A stretch of 64,000 nucleotides of DNA from Podarcis bocagei (Eukaryota): the NCBI GenBank assembly GCA_964188305.1, contig OZ076885.1; one strand, written 5' to 3'. How positions within the stretch are numbered: the stretch's first letter is position 1; every line of letters begins with the position of its first letter. The notes below the pieces were generated by a model. That model did not search any database. It was given only the letters and a program-made list of their open reading frames with translations, and was not told the origin of the DNA. The position numbers and the translations under genes are program-made. This document shows, piece after piece, positions 1-12,446 of this stretch.

Positions 1-6
1 TTGCAG

Positions 7-157
7 CTTGATATTGATCTCTGCAAGCCTAGCCCTTGCCAGAATGGAGCTAAATGTTATGATCTGCGAGAAGACTATTATTGTGCTTGCTCCGATGACT
101 ATGATGGAAAGAACTGCTCTCACCTTAAGGATCACTGCAAAAATAATTCGTGTAAAG
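7..157 (+). CDS. JAG2: Jagged-2 coding exon (~exon 13; EGF9)
   Basis: ttgcag| acceptor, |gtatat donor; 151 nt; translates [50 protein letters not shown]. Confidence 0.93.
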
Positions 158-642
158 GTATATTTGTCCTGTAAACCTGTTTACTTGGTAGTAGCTAAGT
201 ACCTACCGTAGAAGCCGTATAAAAATGGACATCTTGCAGGAAATGTGGCCGTTGGTTAAATTGCTTTTTTTCTTAATTAGTTTGACAAGTCTTGCTAGCT
301 TAAAAATGTAAACGCAAGCAATACAGTTTGATTTTAGCAGTAAAACTAAAACTCTAGGAAGTAAAATAGAACAAGGTACAAAAACTAGAATGTGCCATCC
401 TTCCTATGGAAAATTAAATGAAAGGGGGGAAACATTGCCTACAACATGTACCCTTGTAGGCCCAACTCTCCAATCTGCTTGTGAATGAAGTTTCTTAGAG
501 CATTCTAAATATGCCTACTAAATATTAGGAAGACTTAGTTTAATGAAATGCTGTGCGCTGCAGGTGAAAAAGCTGCATTGGAAGGTGGACTGTATGCAGG
601 ATTTGTTTTCTTTTACTTAAAAGCCATATGTCTTATTCTTAG

Positions 643-807
643 TAATAGACAGCTGTACAATAGAGGTCTTCACAAATGCTACCCGGAAAGGCGTCCGATT
701 AATTTCCTCCAGTGTATGTGGACCCCATGGACAATGTGTCAGTCAACCAGGAGGCAATTTTACTTGTGCCTGCGAGAAGGGCTTTACTGGAACATACTGT
801 CATGAAA
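643..807 (+). CDS. JAG2: Jagged-2 coding exon (~exon 14; EGF10 with the Jagged/Serrate-type insertion)
   Basis: cttag|...|gtaagt; 165 nt; [55 protein letters not shown]; missed by the ORF track. Confidence 0.95.
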
Positions 808-1760
808 GTAAGTGGCAGCGGAAAAAAATATTTTATTAAAAACTAAGCTGGTATGTACATTGTTGCTGCTGCTGTTGTTATTTCAATTTATATGCCACCC
901 TTTATCAAAAGATCTCAGAGCGGTGTACAGCATTAGAAACACATTTGTTTTGAAACCATTTAGAGTGAGAGCTTAGGCTCCTAATGGGATTTAAAGGATT
1001 TCATTCCTAGGTCATTGGTTCAAGATTCAAAGCTTGATCATGGCAGACCATTTCTATGAACAGGAAAAAGGCAGGTGTCATACCACAGACAAACATCACT
1101 GTAGTGCAAATATTAAATGGCAGCTACTTCCTCCTGAATTCTTGAAGACTGATTGGATAATTAGTCAAATGCCATGGTTCGCTGGGTGGTTGTTTCTATT
1201 TCTTTAAAACACGCCTGGGTACCATTTCAGCAGTTCATAGCAAAACATCATAGCCTGTTACATTCACACGGAAGGCATCTTGTAGTCAAACATTGGTTCT
1301 ATTTGGCCACCACTCTCAAAAAGTGTATTAGGCAGGAGGTAGATCAGAATCTACAGTAAGATCTTGGGGAGATTTGTAGTGGACTAGCAAGGGTTTCCAG
1401 CTTTCAAATGTTTAAAAATAGCAACTCCCCCAAAACCAGCTGAAACAAAGTTTGGAGAGGACTGGAGTTTTGTGTGGCAGAACTTGGAGGTTAGTTCTGG
1501 CATTGAAAAAATTCTGGACTGAGCATGTGCGCAGAAGCATCCTTTTCCTTTAATTGTGTTCTTTGTTCCCTTATCCACAACTTCACACCTTTCTCCAGTT
1601 GAGCTGGTACCTAAAAATTATTCCCATCTCTGTTCTACAAGCTGACACACCTTTTCCAGCTGAAGCAATCATGACTTTCCTCAATAGATGAACACTCTTG
1701 TGGTGGCTTGTCACACCAAATAAAATGGTTCCAGTGGTGATTGTGCATTGTCTTCCTTAG

Positions 1761-1874
1761 ATATCAATGACTGCCTTGGAAATCCATGCAAAAATGGTGG
1801 GACCTGCATAGATGAAGTTAACGATTTCAGGTGCTTCTGCCAGACAGGCTGGGAAGGAAAACTGTGCGATATAA
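1761..1874 (+). CDS. JAG2: Jagged-2 coding exon (~exon 15; EGF11)
   Basis: ccttag|...|gtgagt; 114 nt; [38 protein letters not shown]. Confidence 0.95.
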
Positions 1875-1916
1875 GTGAGTACAACTAACTGTTTAAATAG
1901 CACAAGTAGTCATGAG

Positions 1917-2365
1917 TAGGGATGAGGCAGAATTTTGTTTTGGTTCACATTTTAATGCAAATCTACTTAATTCACATGTCCTAAAAATGCAAGCTGAAGT
2001 ACAGCTCTCCTTCAGAATTCACACTTCTCCACATTTTACACACTGCAGTTCTGCAATCAGATAATCAGTGCAAAAATTCATAGTTTAGGGTAGGTGCATA
2101 AAATGCATTTTACTACAAACAAGTGGTGTGTAAATTTTGTTAATTGTAAAAATAAATTTAAAAAATATGTGGGTGAAAAGAACAAAAATGCATTAGGATT
2201 AATTGCTTGCAAAATGTGTATATCAGGGAACATTAAATATAAAAATGTGTACAGTAGGCAAAAGGCACACTAAAATACTGATGAATGTTGACTGGAGAAC
2301 TGAATTTAAGGTTGGAAAAGTGAGAAACCTTGAGAAGCCAAAAGTGACAACCTTGTCCATGCCTA
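1917..2365. mobile_element. non-autonomous hAT-like DNA element
   Basis: termini TAGGGATG...CATGCCTA; degenerate 8-bp TSD gtcatgag/gccaggag; related sequence near 41250-41730 and 51330-51930. Confidence 0.55.
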
Positions 2366-3249
2366 GCCAGGAGACTGACCTTTACCTGCAGCCCAAGTTT
2401 TACTCAGAAGTTTCCTGGAGCTTATTTCAGGAAAATAAATTTAAGATTATAGCCTTAAACTCAGGTAAACATGGTTTTCATCTGACCAAGCGTTCCAGAG
2501 TGCATGCCTAATTTAAAAGCACACCCCCCCCTAAAGAAAGAGGAAGATGGCTCTACTTATCCAGACTATAATTCTTAAGAAGAGTTTGTCTCTGTGATCT
2601 TGTTTGATAGCTCTCAAAATAGAAAAGGTGAATTCAGATAAAACATCTCCTAAGTGCTAACAGTACCATTTGTATCTTTCTAAATATGAACTGTCCTTTA
2701 TATCAGAATGATTTAACTTCTGTTAATTAAACAATATGTTATGACACCATAAACAATTCATTCTGGAGCATATAAAATAATTACCATTTGAGCAGAAGTC
2801 TGGGACCTAATTTTTACTGTTCCACTTTAAACACTATAAAGTGTTGTGTCTAGACCAAACTGATCAGATTCTTTATGGATGTGAGTACATGAAGAAGCTG
2901 CCTTTATACCGAATCAGATTACTGCTCCATGTTGCCCAGTGTTGGCTGCTGCCTGGCATTGCCTGTCTCCTGTGTCAGGCACAGTTTCCTTTTCCAGCTC
3001 TACAGCATGAGATGCTTTATCTGGAAAGGGCAGGGGTTCTGGATGTGAAGCAAACACTTGTCTTACTGAGCTGTGGTCCTCCCATAGAATTAGCAGGGTT
3101 GGGAAAAGGGGGTGATGTAAGGTGCTGAGATTTCAAACAGTGATTTGATTCAAAAGACTTTCTGGTTTGGTGCCCAGGATTCAAAAGAGCCTAGTCTATG
3201 GTTTAAAGTAGGATTTGCCTTCTGATTAAACTATAGTACTATATAAATA

Positions 3250-3365
3250 CTGAGAGTCTTAATCTCAGGGTTGTGGGTTTGAGCCCCACGTTGGGCAAGT
3301 GATTGCTGGATTGCAGGGGTTTGGGCTAGATGACACTCCCGTCCAACTCTGCAGTTCCATGATTC
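3250..3365 (+). mobile_element. short tRNA-derived SINE (Squam3-like)
   Basis: aatctcagggttgtgggtttgagccccacgttggg...ctagatgac; same family at 42915, 44650 and 60218. Confidence 0.6.
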
Positions 3366-3530
3366 TATTAATCTCATCTTGGCTTCGTAGGTCATTTAAT
3401 ACTGAAAACAGTTTCTAATTGCTCCTGCACAAGCCATGTTACTGAGATAGGCATCTCTCTTTTGGTATTCTTTTCAAAAAATAATTTCTGCCTCTTTTGC
3501 TAAAGTACTTCTTCCCTTGGAATTTTTCAG

Positions 3531-3644
3531 ATTTCAATGACTGCTTGCCAAATCCATGTCACAATGGAGGCCGATGCATTGATTTAGAGAATGACTTCTA
3601 TTGTGAATGTACAAGTGGCTGGAAAGGCAAAACATGCCATTCAA
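3531..3644 (+). CDS. JAG2: Jagged-2 coding exon (~exon 16; EGF12)
   Basis: tttcag|...|gtaagt; 114 nt; [38 protein letters not shown]. Confidence 0.95.
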
Positions 3645-4245
3645 GTAAGTGTGCTTTAGATGGTATAGTTCAGCTCAAACCCAGAAGTTAAAAGAGGAAA
3701 GTATTGTAAAGTAACTGAAGTAGCTTTGAAGGGACTCTAAAGAACTGCAGAAAGGGATTTGATGAAGAGAGTCATGTAGAAACAAGTCCAATCACTGTCT
3801 GCTTTTCCCCAAATAAAACCACTAAGTAAAAAAAATAAAAAAATTGGCACACTATATTGAAGCTGAAGAAAGAAAGTTTGGAATCCTGTCATATCAAAAT
3901 GAAAACTGCAGCTCTGCCCAATGCTTGTGGCATAATTTTATGAAATTAAAACTAATTTCAAACTGTCTTTTGGAGCAATTACTTCCACGGATGAGTGAAT
4001 CATTTATATATATATCTACTCATTTAGGTTTGTTAGCTCCATGCCATCCTGGAACCCCCTGAGTTGTTCCAGTGCATAAAGCAAACACCCTAAAGAATAA
4101 GCTCTAAACATTTTGGCTCGTAAGATTCCATAGTAGTGTATCTGGCTCTAACAAAACATTCGTCTCTGGTTCCTAAAGCAAAAAAAAAACAACAAAAAAC
4201 TTAGACATGCGATTAGCTGCTTAAATTGTTTTCATGGCTTTTTAG

Positions 4246-4359
4246 GTGAGTACCAGTGTGATGCGAATACTTGCACAAATGGAGGAACGTGTTACGACGA
4301 CGGGGATACTTTTCGGTGTTCTTGTCCTCCGGAATGGAAAGGAAGCACTTGCAACATTG
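4246..4359 (+). CDS. JAG2: Jagged-2 coding exon (~exon 17; EGF13)
   Basis: tttag|...|gtaagt; 114 nt; [38 protein letters not shown]. Confidence 0.95.
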
Positions 4360-4742
4360 GTAAGTGCTTAATCTGCTCAGTAATATATTCAGATTGGATG
4401 TACGTCTGCTTTGCTCAGGAAGCTAACTATAAACAGCCTGTGCTTTTCCCCCCCTTCCCCAATCTCATTAGTGATCAGGGGAAAACATGGTTAGAACATA
4501 GTAGTAAACGTGAACCCTTTACTGGTCTTGCTTTTGCTTAGCGAGCTCTCTTCCGTCACAAAAACCACAGGCAGTTTTGACTATAACTGCACAGGAGAAG
4601 AAGTAGAAATGGTTTTCTTCAACTTGGCTACTCTAGAACCATTTTGAAGCCAGAGCTGTGGGAGGAACCGTCATTTCTCTGAACAGATATGGGTAAAAAT
4701 ATATTTTGGCAACATCCAGCTATCGTTGACACATTTAGAATA

Positions 4743-4981
4743 CAGTGGTACCTCGGTTTACGAACTTAATCCATTCCTGAAGTCCGTTCTTAAACCGAAG
4801 CCGTTCTGAAACCGAGGTGCACTTTCCCTAATGAGGCCTCCCGCCGCTGGTGCCCTTCCACCGTTGGCTTCCGTTCGTAAACGGAGGTAACGTTCACTAA
4901 CCGGAACACTACTTCGGTTTTGCGGAGTTCGTAAACCGAGTAGTTCATAAACAGGGCTGTTTGTAAACCGAGGTACCACTG
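4743..4981. mobile_element. Tc1/mariner-superfamily MITE
   Basis: perfect 19-bp TIR CAGTGGTACCTCGGTTTAC/GTAAACCGAGGTACCACTG, flanked by TA on both sides. Confidence 0.88.
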
Positions 4982-5391
4982 TATATAAGGTTGCAGGTTC
5001 AATGCCCATAAGGGATCACTACATATTCTTCCATTGCAGGGGGTTGGACTGAAACATAGCACACACATGCAGTCAGAAGTATGGTTTGTTGGTGCCGAGG
5101 AGGGTAGTGCCTAGACTACAGAATTCTCCCTGGGGGAGGCTCGCCTGCCTTTTTTTGATACTGGCTTTAAATAACCTACAAAAGCTCATTTCATTTTGGC
5201 AGGCTTTTGCTGACAATTGTAGTGTTAGGTTATTGACTATTGTATCGATTACTGTTGTAACCAGCATTGGGGTCTAAAAACTAAAAGGTGGGATTAAAAT
5301 ACGTTTCATAAGATTGGTGCAGTACTAGGACTTTTGGCTGAACGCTTTCATATTTTTAATTTCCTTTCCTTTCTTTTTTTTAACATTAAAG

Positions 5392-5508
5392 CTAAGAACA
5401 GCAGCTGCCTTCCTAACCCTTGTTTAAATGGTGGAACCTGTGTTGGCAGTGGAGATTCCTTTTCTTGCATTTGTAAAGAAGGTTGGGAAGGGCGTACGTG
5501 CACACAGA
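5392..5508 (+). CDS. JAG2: Jagged-2 coding exon (~exon 18; EGF14)
   Basis: pyrimidine tract then taaag|...|gtaagt; 117 nt; [39 protein letters not shown]. Confidence 0.94.
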
Positions 5509-5639
5509 GTAAGTGTTTTCCTCTTTTGTGTCAAGACTGACACTTCTAATGGCTTCACTCACAAGGATCATGGGAACATGCAAGCCTACTCACCACAACA
5601 AGGTGGCGATCCGGCGAGTGAGTGGCTTTTACAGATAAA

Positions 5640-6065
5640 GCCCTAAATGGACTGCGGTATCTCAAGGACCTCAAAACCCCCTCCCCCATTGACCAACCTG
5701 GACCCTGCAACAATCATCTGAGGCCCTTCTTTGTGTCCTTCCTCTATGAGAGGTCCGGAGGATGACAACATGAGAACCGGCCTTTTCTGTGGTGGCTCCA
5801 CATTTGTGGAATGCTCTCCCCAGGGAGGCTCGCCTGGTAGCTTTGGTACATATTTTTAGGCACCAAGCGAAAGCATTTCTCTATAACCAGGCCTTGGGCT
5901 GATTCTCTGACCTTTTAAAAGTGGGGGTTTTGGGGGGAGGGGGTTATTTGGTTTGTTTGTGTTTTTGTTTTGTTATGTATTTTGTGTTCTCACTTTGTAT
6001 TTTTATGTTATGAACTGCCCTGTGATCTTTGAATGAAGGGCAGTATACTACTACTACTACTACTA
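5640..6065 (+). mobile_element. L2-like LINE 3' fragment
   Basis: degenerate ORF2 end (...AFSVVAPHLWNALPREARL...), then tgaactgccctg...gaagggcagtata and a (TAC)n tail. Confidence 0.6.
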
Positions 6066-7254
6066 ATAGTAATAATAGCTCTTGTTCAAAATATCCAGAA
6101 AGTTCATTATTGCTTATAATTGGGAGTCCTGCATATCACCAGCTTTTGAGACTGAACTATATAAATCATGTCGGAATATTTTCCTTAGTACTACCTTGGG
6201 AGATTTTAACTAGCATGCCGATAAGCTGATTTGCTTAGGTGTGGCACAGTTTGAGTTTGTGGCTCAAGTCGGAACATGCACAAAATGTTATACCTAGTCA
6301 AAAACTTCAACCCTGCATTGAAATTACATTTAATTGCCTCTGTCTTGGTTAAGTTGTTAGCCCTCGCCACTGTTTATAGTGCATAGAGCTACCAAAACAG
6401 CTGGCTAGGAGAGGGAGGGAGGCTGTTCTGGTAGTGGCTCCATGTGAGGGAGCAGTCTGTGGTACCTGGAAATGACTTCTTGCAACTATTCTAGAGCCCT
6501 TTAAACTGTTTCCTCACGCACTTTGCAAGTTGATTAGATAGGAGAGGAAGTTTCCTCAACACACATCAATCTGGAATTTAGCTGTGTAGTCGAAAGGTCA
6601 GTGGGAAGTGGAATCTAGTTGAAAGCAAGGAAAGGAATCCTTAATTCAAATATTGTCTTGTGTTAAGTGGTCATTACACAAATTACAAACCCAAAGTTCT
6701 AAATATGGGATCCAGCCCAGATTACTTCTACAAGGTGTGGTTTACGCACATAGCCTTATATAGTGGGAAATGACATAAAAGCTGGTACTTGCTCAGCATA
6801 TCTTGAGAAATGAATTCAGAGGTCCCATCCCTCCTCTTAAAAGTACATTTGTTTTCCCTCATTATATTTTGATGGGCCTTACCATACAGTTCTCCTGTAC
6901 TGCTGATAGCCACATTTAAGAGTTGAAGTGGTGCCTTTACTGTCTAAAATGTGTCATTTTTGAGGTTGGTAACTGATGTTTGTGTGCCACCTATACCTGC
7001 AACAGTCATGTGACATTTCCATAGCGCTGTCATGTGATGAGAGCCATGTAATGACATTGGTCACACACAACAGAAAACCATGGTTTAGTGGTACTCAGAA
7101 AGCTTCTAGGAGCCCAGGAAAAACCTTGGAGTTGCATGCTCTCCCATTTTCCTTCTGTACAGTCCATCTTCTCCTTCTACATATGAGAGGAAGACTTCTG
7201 AGTTTAGTTTTACTTTTAACAAATCACTGCTTAACGTTTTTAATGTTTGAAGTT

Positions 7255-7405
7255 TTATTCTGTTTTTAATGTTCTGTTGAAAGCCACCCAGAGTGGCTGG
7301 GGAAACCCAGCCAGAGGGGCAGGGTAGAAATATTATTATTAGTAGTAGTAGTATTAGTATTACTACTACTACTATTACTATTATTTGTTGTTGTTGTTGT
7401 TTATT
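7255..7405 (+). mobile_element. L2-like LINE 3' tail with microsatellite
   Basis: agccacccagagtggctggggaaacccagccaga matches the tails at 29050, 42195 and 58880; followed by TAT/TAG/TTG repeats. Confidence 0.6.
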
Positions 7406-7575
7406 ACAGACCAGGGATTCTGTTTTAAAACTCTATAGATTCTAAATAAGCCAGTAAATTAATATGGGTGGCATGCAAGAAAACTGTGTGTACATAGACC
7501 TGCTAGATCAAGGTGCAGTTTTTATACTGTGTACATAATTCAATGCACTGATTCAGTTTAATTTTCTTTGTTCAG

Positions 7576-7603
7576 ATATTAACGACTGCAATCCACATCC
7601 ATG
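7576..7603 (+). CDS. JAG2: Jagged-2 28-nt micro-exon (~exon 19; first part of EGF15)
   Basis: ttcag|atattaacgactgcaatccacatccatg|gtaagt; NINDCNPHPC; phases fit both neighbouring exons. Confidence 0.92.
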
Positions 7604-9719
7604 GTAAGTACTCATGATCATTCTTTTTTCAAAATGTCCTAGTACAATAGCTGAATGCGGATAATCCTGTTAATCAAGGCTACTTAAGCCCTATACTCTA
7701 AACTGTTGTGCTGGTCTTTCCTATGAACTTCCTGTATTTCTTTGCTAACTGGCAGCTCTGCCAATACGTATTCTCCTATGGAGCCTGGTTTCTGCTCCGT
7801 AGTGGTAATATGAGATTTGTAGTTTGAAAAGTTCTATGAAATTAGCCTAAAAGAAAAAAAATTAAAAATCCCACTAAAGCTATTAGGCTCATTCAGTTAT
7901 AGGTATTTGGCATTTGTGCCAAGAGTAGGAGTTTAAAGTGGGAAGACAATAACAAAGCAGAAAGCGCCTAAGTGTTAACCATAATGAATCTTGACATGAA
8001 AATAATACCACTGGTTTTATAATTGAGCATTTGAGGACACAGTGTATACAAAAGATTCCTGTGCCCATTTTGACTAAATCCTTGCATTTGAAGGGCTGAA
8101 AAGGACCTCTGCCATCTAGTTGAACCCAGCAGCATATATGAGGAGCTAGTTGACCCTAAGTGTGAAGAACCACCTGCCCATCCTCTTAAAAGCTGCCTCG
8201 CACATGTTAGGGATGAGGAGAGAATCCAGAAAGCTATATCTCCAAAGCGGACACACCCTACCCCATCTGCCCAGACCAATTAGGGCAGGTGCTTACTCTG
8301 AAACCCACACTTGAAAGATTCCTAGCCTCCTGTAGATTTGCATATGAGGTGGCCTGACAGCTGCTTGTCTGTCATCAGCTTTCGCTGTTTTTAGAAAAGG
8401 TAATTTCAACTTCCTAAGGGTGGCTAGCTAGCACACGGGGCTCCTCTCGCCTCTCACTTTGAAATCAATGTAGAAAGCCCACCTGGGAGTAGTTGGTCTT
8501 GACAATATGCTGTTGGTCTCAGGTAACTTTATGTTCAATTTCCCCTGAGACTCTATAAGGGGGAATTGGATGTAAAATGCACATAAAATTTCTCCTGAGA
8601 GCCAAGGCGCATCATCAGAACTTCTCTGCTCGGGCGACTTACTACATTGATTTCCACAGAGTGTTGTCCTCATATCTCTGTCACGCTTGTCTTGAAGCGA
8701 AACAGTACAGACATCTAGGGAATGTTCCTGGGAGTGAGCCGCAACTGACCAGTGCTCACTTCATATGTGAAATTTTGATGCGTTTGCGTCTCCACTCTTT
8801 CCAGTCAAATATTACCAAAAGGATGTATGTTGAGGATGCAAAGGCAACACACGCTTTCCTCTTGTAACGTGCGAAGCAGCCTTCAAATTATTCAGAGAAA
8901 TAATTTCTATCCCTTCTTTATAGTCCCTATCCAGTCTTTTTTAAAAGTACATTGTTCCTTCTACAATCTCAGGAAAGCTGATTGCTATCTGCTTATTGAA
9001 CAGCACAGTTCTCCAGTGCCTCTTTGTCTTTCAGTATTCCTGCCCTGTGTATAATAATTCAGACTTTGGTGTACTGTACTTTGTCTACATGTTGCAAAGC
9101 TTCCAAGTCTTGTTCTCAGCTCGTGATGGTTGTAGAGTTTCTGGAACCTGCTATAACTGCATTCAGAAGTTCTGCAGTCATAGGAACCTGGAACATGGCA
9201 ACCTTTTTTGATGCAGTAATCTAAATGTAATGAAAGCAAGTGGATTTTAAAATGTCAAGTTAGCTTTGGAATGAGTACACATTTCTAAAGCTGTGTCTTT
9301 GCTTAAAAAGCAGTTGGTCTAAGAATTATTCTATATTGCTCCTTGTATTCTTTAAAGCATGTCTGTCCCATTGTCTTTCCATTTTATTAGAAAATATGGG
9401 GTTTGAATGAAAACTTATTCAATGTCATCCTTAATATGCTGCTTCTCTTAATGGGAATAGACCTCCTCCTCTGTGCCACTGATTATTTAATTAACAATGT
9501 TTAATTGGAGAAGTTAAGACAATGCAGATGGTTTATTAAATGGGCGTACATTATGAATTAACTAAGCATCTTGAATCCTGCATGACTGAATAGTGAGACA
9601 ATGTCTGTTGATACAAATAAAAGAAATTTGCATTTGAACAGGCCATTATGTACATAAACCCAAAGGTTCTTATCTCTCGGCTTGTGAAACTACCCTGACA
9701 GCCTTCATTGCAATGATAG

Positions 9720-9869
<150 letters not shown>

Positions 9870-10444
9870 TGAACTCTTTGTTGCATTTGAGTTTCGATGC
9901 ATTAAGCATTCGTCATCTGTATCCCAAATAATGAAGCAAAAGCTAACTGAATTATTCACAGATCCTGACCCTTAACTTGTAAAGAATGGTGACCGCTTTG
10001 TTTTGGGACAGAATTCCTTTCTTCATTTGAGAAATGCAACTAACAGTGATTTGGCGTAAATTGTATTTAAGCTGTACACCCCAGCCCTTAGTGAAACCTT
10101 TCCTTAGACAGTATCCATAAACAAAGCATTGGTATTTTTTTTAATAGGACTTGCCCCTTGAAGTGTATCTTTACATGCATTTCACATGCTAAATATATGC
10201 TGCTTGAAAGAAATAGTAATGTTCTGATATCTTCCTCTAGTAAGAATGCATACTAAAAATGGTGTAACCTATCCTGAATCTTTTAGTGGCAGTACAACTC
10301 CAGTAGAACATCTTAATTCCTGGAATGCTCAGCAGTGTTGCTAGATCATTGGGACATAAATGTTAGTTAGCACGGGAAAATGCAAACAGAATTATTTGGG
10401 GGCATTTTCAGTGCACAGCCACAGGTTACACATGATACTGACTA

Positions 10445-10672
10445 GTTACAGATAGGTAACCGTGTTGGACTGCCATAGTCAAAATAAAAAATTCCTTCCA
10501 GTAGCACCTTAAAGACCAACTAAGTTAATACCCCTCCCCACCTTCTCACTATATAGAAGGGTCTGGCAACTTCTGTTTCAGTGTATCTGAAGAAGTGTGC
10601 ATGCACACGAAAGCTCATACCAAGAACTAACTTAGTTGGTCTTTAAGGTGCTACTGGAAGGAATTTTTTATT
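10445..10672 (+). mobile_element. Penelope-like palindromic insertion, copy 1
   Basis: 13-bp TSD atgatactgacta (10432-10444, 10673-10685); perfect 45-bp inverted arms at 10483-10527 and 10628-10672; homologous to 15583-15790. Confidence 0.75.
10583..10620 (+). ncRNA. minimal type I hammerhead ribozyme motif
   Basis: GUAU-CUGAAGA-A-GUGUG(CAUG)CACAC-GAAA-GC-UC-AUAC: both core boxes, stem I, stem II and a palindromic AGCU stem III. Confidence 0.65.
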
Positions 10673-10850
10673 ATGATACTGACTAATGCTTCTACAGATG
10701 AGTCTTCTTACTTTTTAGCATACTGTAATACTGTATAAAGCCTGTTTACAACTTTATACAGATGTCTGGTTGGGCTGAACTGTGCTCCAAAATTGTAAAC
10801 AGTTTGTACATAGAGCATTGTATTAAAACGCTTGTTTTCTTCCCTTTCAG

Positions 10851-10964
10851 ATATTGATGAATGCCAGTCATCTCCGTGTGCATACGGTTCTACATGTATT
10901 GATGAAATAAATGGCTACAGGTGCATTTGCCCCCCTGGGAGAGCTGGAACTAGATGCCAAGAAG
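10851..10964 (+). CDS. JAG2: Jagged-2 coding exon (~exon 21; EGF16)
   Basis: tttcag|...|gtaact; 114 nt; [38 protein letters not shown]. Confidence 0.95.
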
Positions 10965-11066
10965 GTAACTTAATGCTTTAAACTGAGAGCAATAAATATC
11001 AAATGCTACTTCACAGTGTCTTGCACAGCGGCATGTGTTATAGCTTATCTGTAAGGTGAACTTACA

Positions 11067-11430
11067 GGGACGCGGGTGGCACTGTGGGTAAAAGCTCAGC
11101 GACTAGGACTTGCCGATTGCATGGTCGGCGGTTCGAATCCCCGCGGTGGGGTGCACTCCCATTGCTTGGTCCAAGCGCCTGCCAACCTAGCAGTTCGAAA
11201 GCACCCCCGGGTGCAAGTAGATAAATAGGGACCGCTTACTAACGGGAAGGTAAACGGCGTTTCCATGTGCTGCGCTGGCTTGCCAGATGCAGCTTGTCAT
11301 GCTGGCCACGTGACCCAGAATTGTCTGCGGACAGCGCTGGCTCCCGGCCTCTAGAGTGAGATGAGTGCACAACCCTAGAGTCTGTCAAGACTGGCCCGTA
11401 CCGGCAGGGGTACCTTTACCTTTACCTTTA
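11067..11430 (+). mobile_element. Sauria SINE (divergent subfamily)
   Basis: GGGACGCGGGTGGC head, B box GGTTCGAATCC, (ACCTTT)n tail; near-TSD aaggtgaactt/aagtgaactt. Confidence 0.85.
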
Positions 11431-11512
11431 AAGTGAACTTGGTATTCTCTTTTGGCTTGATCCAATACTTAAAATGAAAACTATTCCCTGTTCTTTCTCT
11501 CCCCCCCCCAAG

Positions 11513-11628
11513 TGATAGGATTTGGAAAGTCTTGCTGGCTTAAAGGAACATCCTTCCCCCATGGCAGCAGATGGGATCAAGAATGCAACAACTGCCACTG
11601 TCTGGATGGCCACATTGACTGCACTAAG
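11513..11628 (+). CDS. JAG2: Jagged-2 coding exon (~exon 22; vWC/cysteine-rich domain)
   Basis: cccaag|...|gtagtt; 116 nt; [39 protein letters not shown]; the VIGFG start is JAG2-like rather than JAG1-like. Confidence 0.94.
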
Positions 11629-11824
11629 GTAGTTACATGAAGTTGAATGCTAAATCATTTAAATTCCCTATTCCTTCAAACTTTTCAACCCTCACCGCAC
11701 TCACGTGTCAGCTTCATTAATTTGCTAATTTGCTCCCTCCAAGTTTCACCTGATATTCACTTAATGCACTTAATGCTTATTATAACTTAGGCTTGACATC
11801 CGTCTTGCTCAAGAGACAGTGGAA

Positions 11825-12192
11825 CAGGGGTCTCCAAACTAAGGCCCATGTGCTGGATAAAGCTCGTTTATTGGGCCCGCGACAACCCCCACCGCCCGCT
11901 CTTACCAGTGCTGTGCTGCGCGGCTGCCCACTTCCGGGTTGGAGGAGCACCGGAATTAGCTTGTGCGCAAGCGTTATTTGCACATGCGCAAGCATTATTT
12001 TCGGTGCACATACGGGTTGGAGGAGGCCTGTGCACATGCGCACAAGCTATTTCTAGTGCTCCTCCGACCCAGAAGTGTGCTGAAAATGGTGTGTGTGCAT
12101 GCGTATGGGCACGCACTCTCCCGCTCTCCAGCCCGCCGCGCAATCGGCGCTGGAGACACCGGCCCGAGGCGTGGTAAGTTTGCTGACCTCTG
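11825..12192. mobile_element. hAT MITE
   Basis: TIR CAGGGGTCTCCAAACT/AGTTTGCTGACCTCTG; perfect 8-bp TSD cagtggaa (11817-11824, 12193-12200). Confidence 0.85.
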
Positions 12193-12446
12193 CAGTGGAA
12201 TAATCCCTGTAATGATTGTATGCACAATGTAAAGAAATCAGTGGTATTGCTGAGCCTAGAAGTGCAAGTTTCGGTGCTTTGTAATAATCACCTGAGATAG
12301 GAGATGACCATTACAGTCTCCAAAATCTTCTGTGGCTTGGATTAGCTAGAAGAGAAGCCTCCTTGTTTGAACTACAAGCTACTACAACCCTCATTTTCAT
12401 GATTGTCCATTGTTACATGCTAAAAATCCCCTCTGCTACATTCTAG

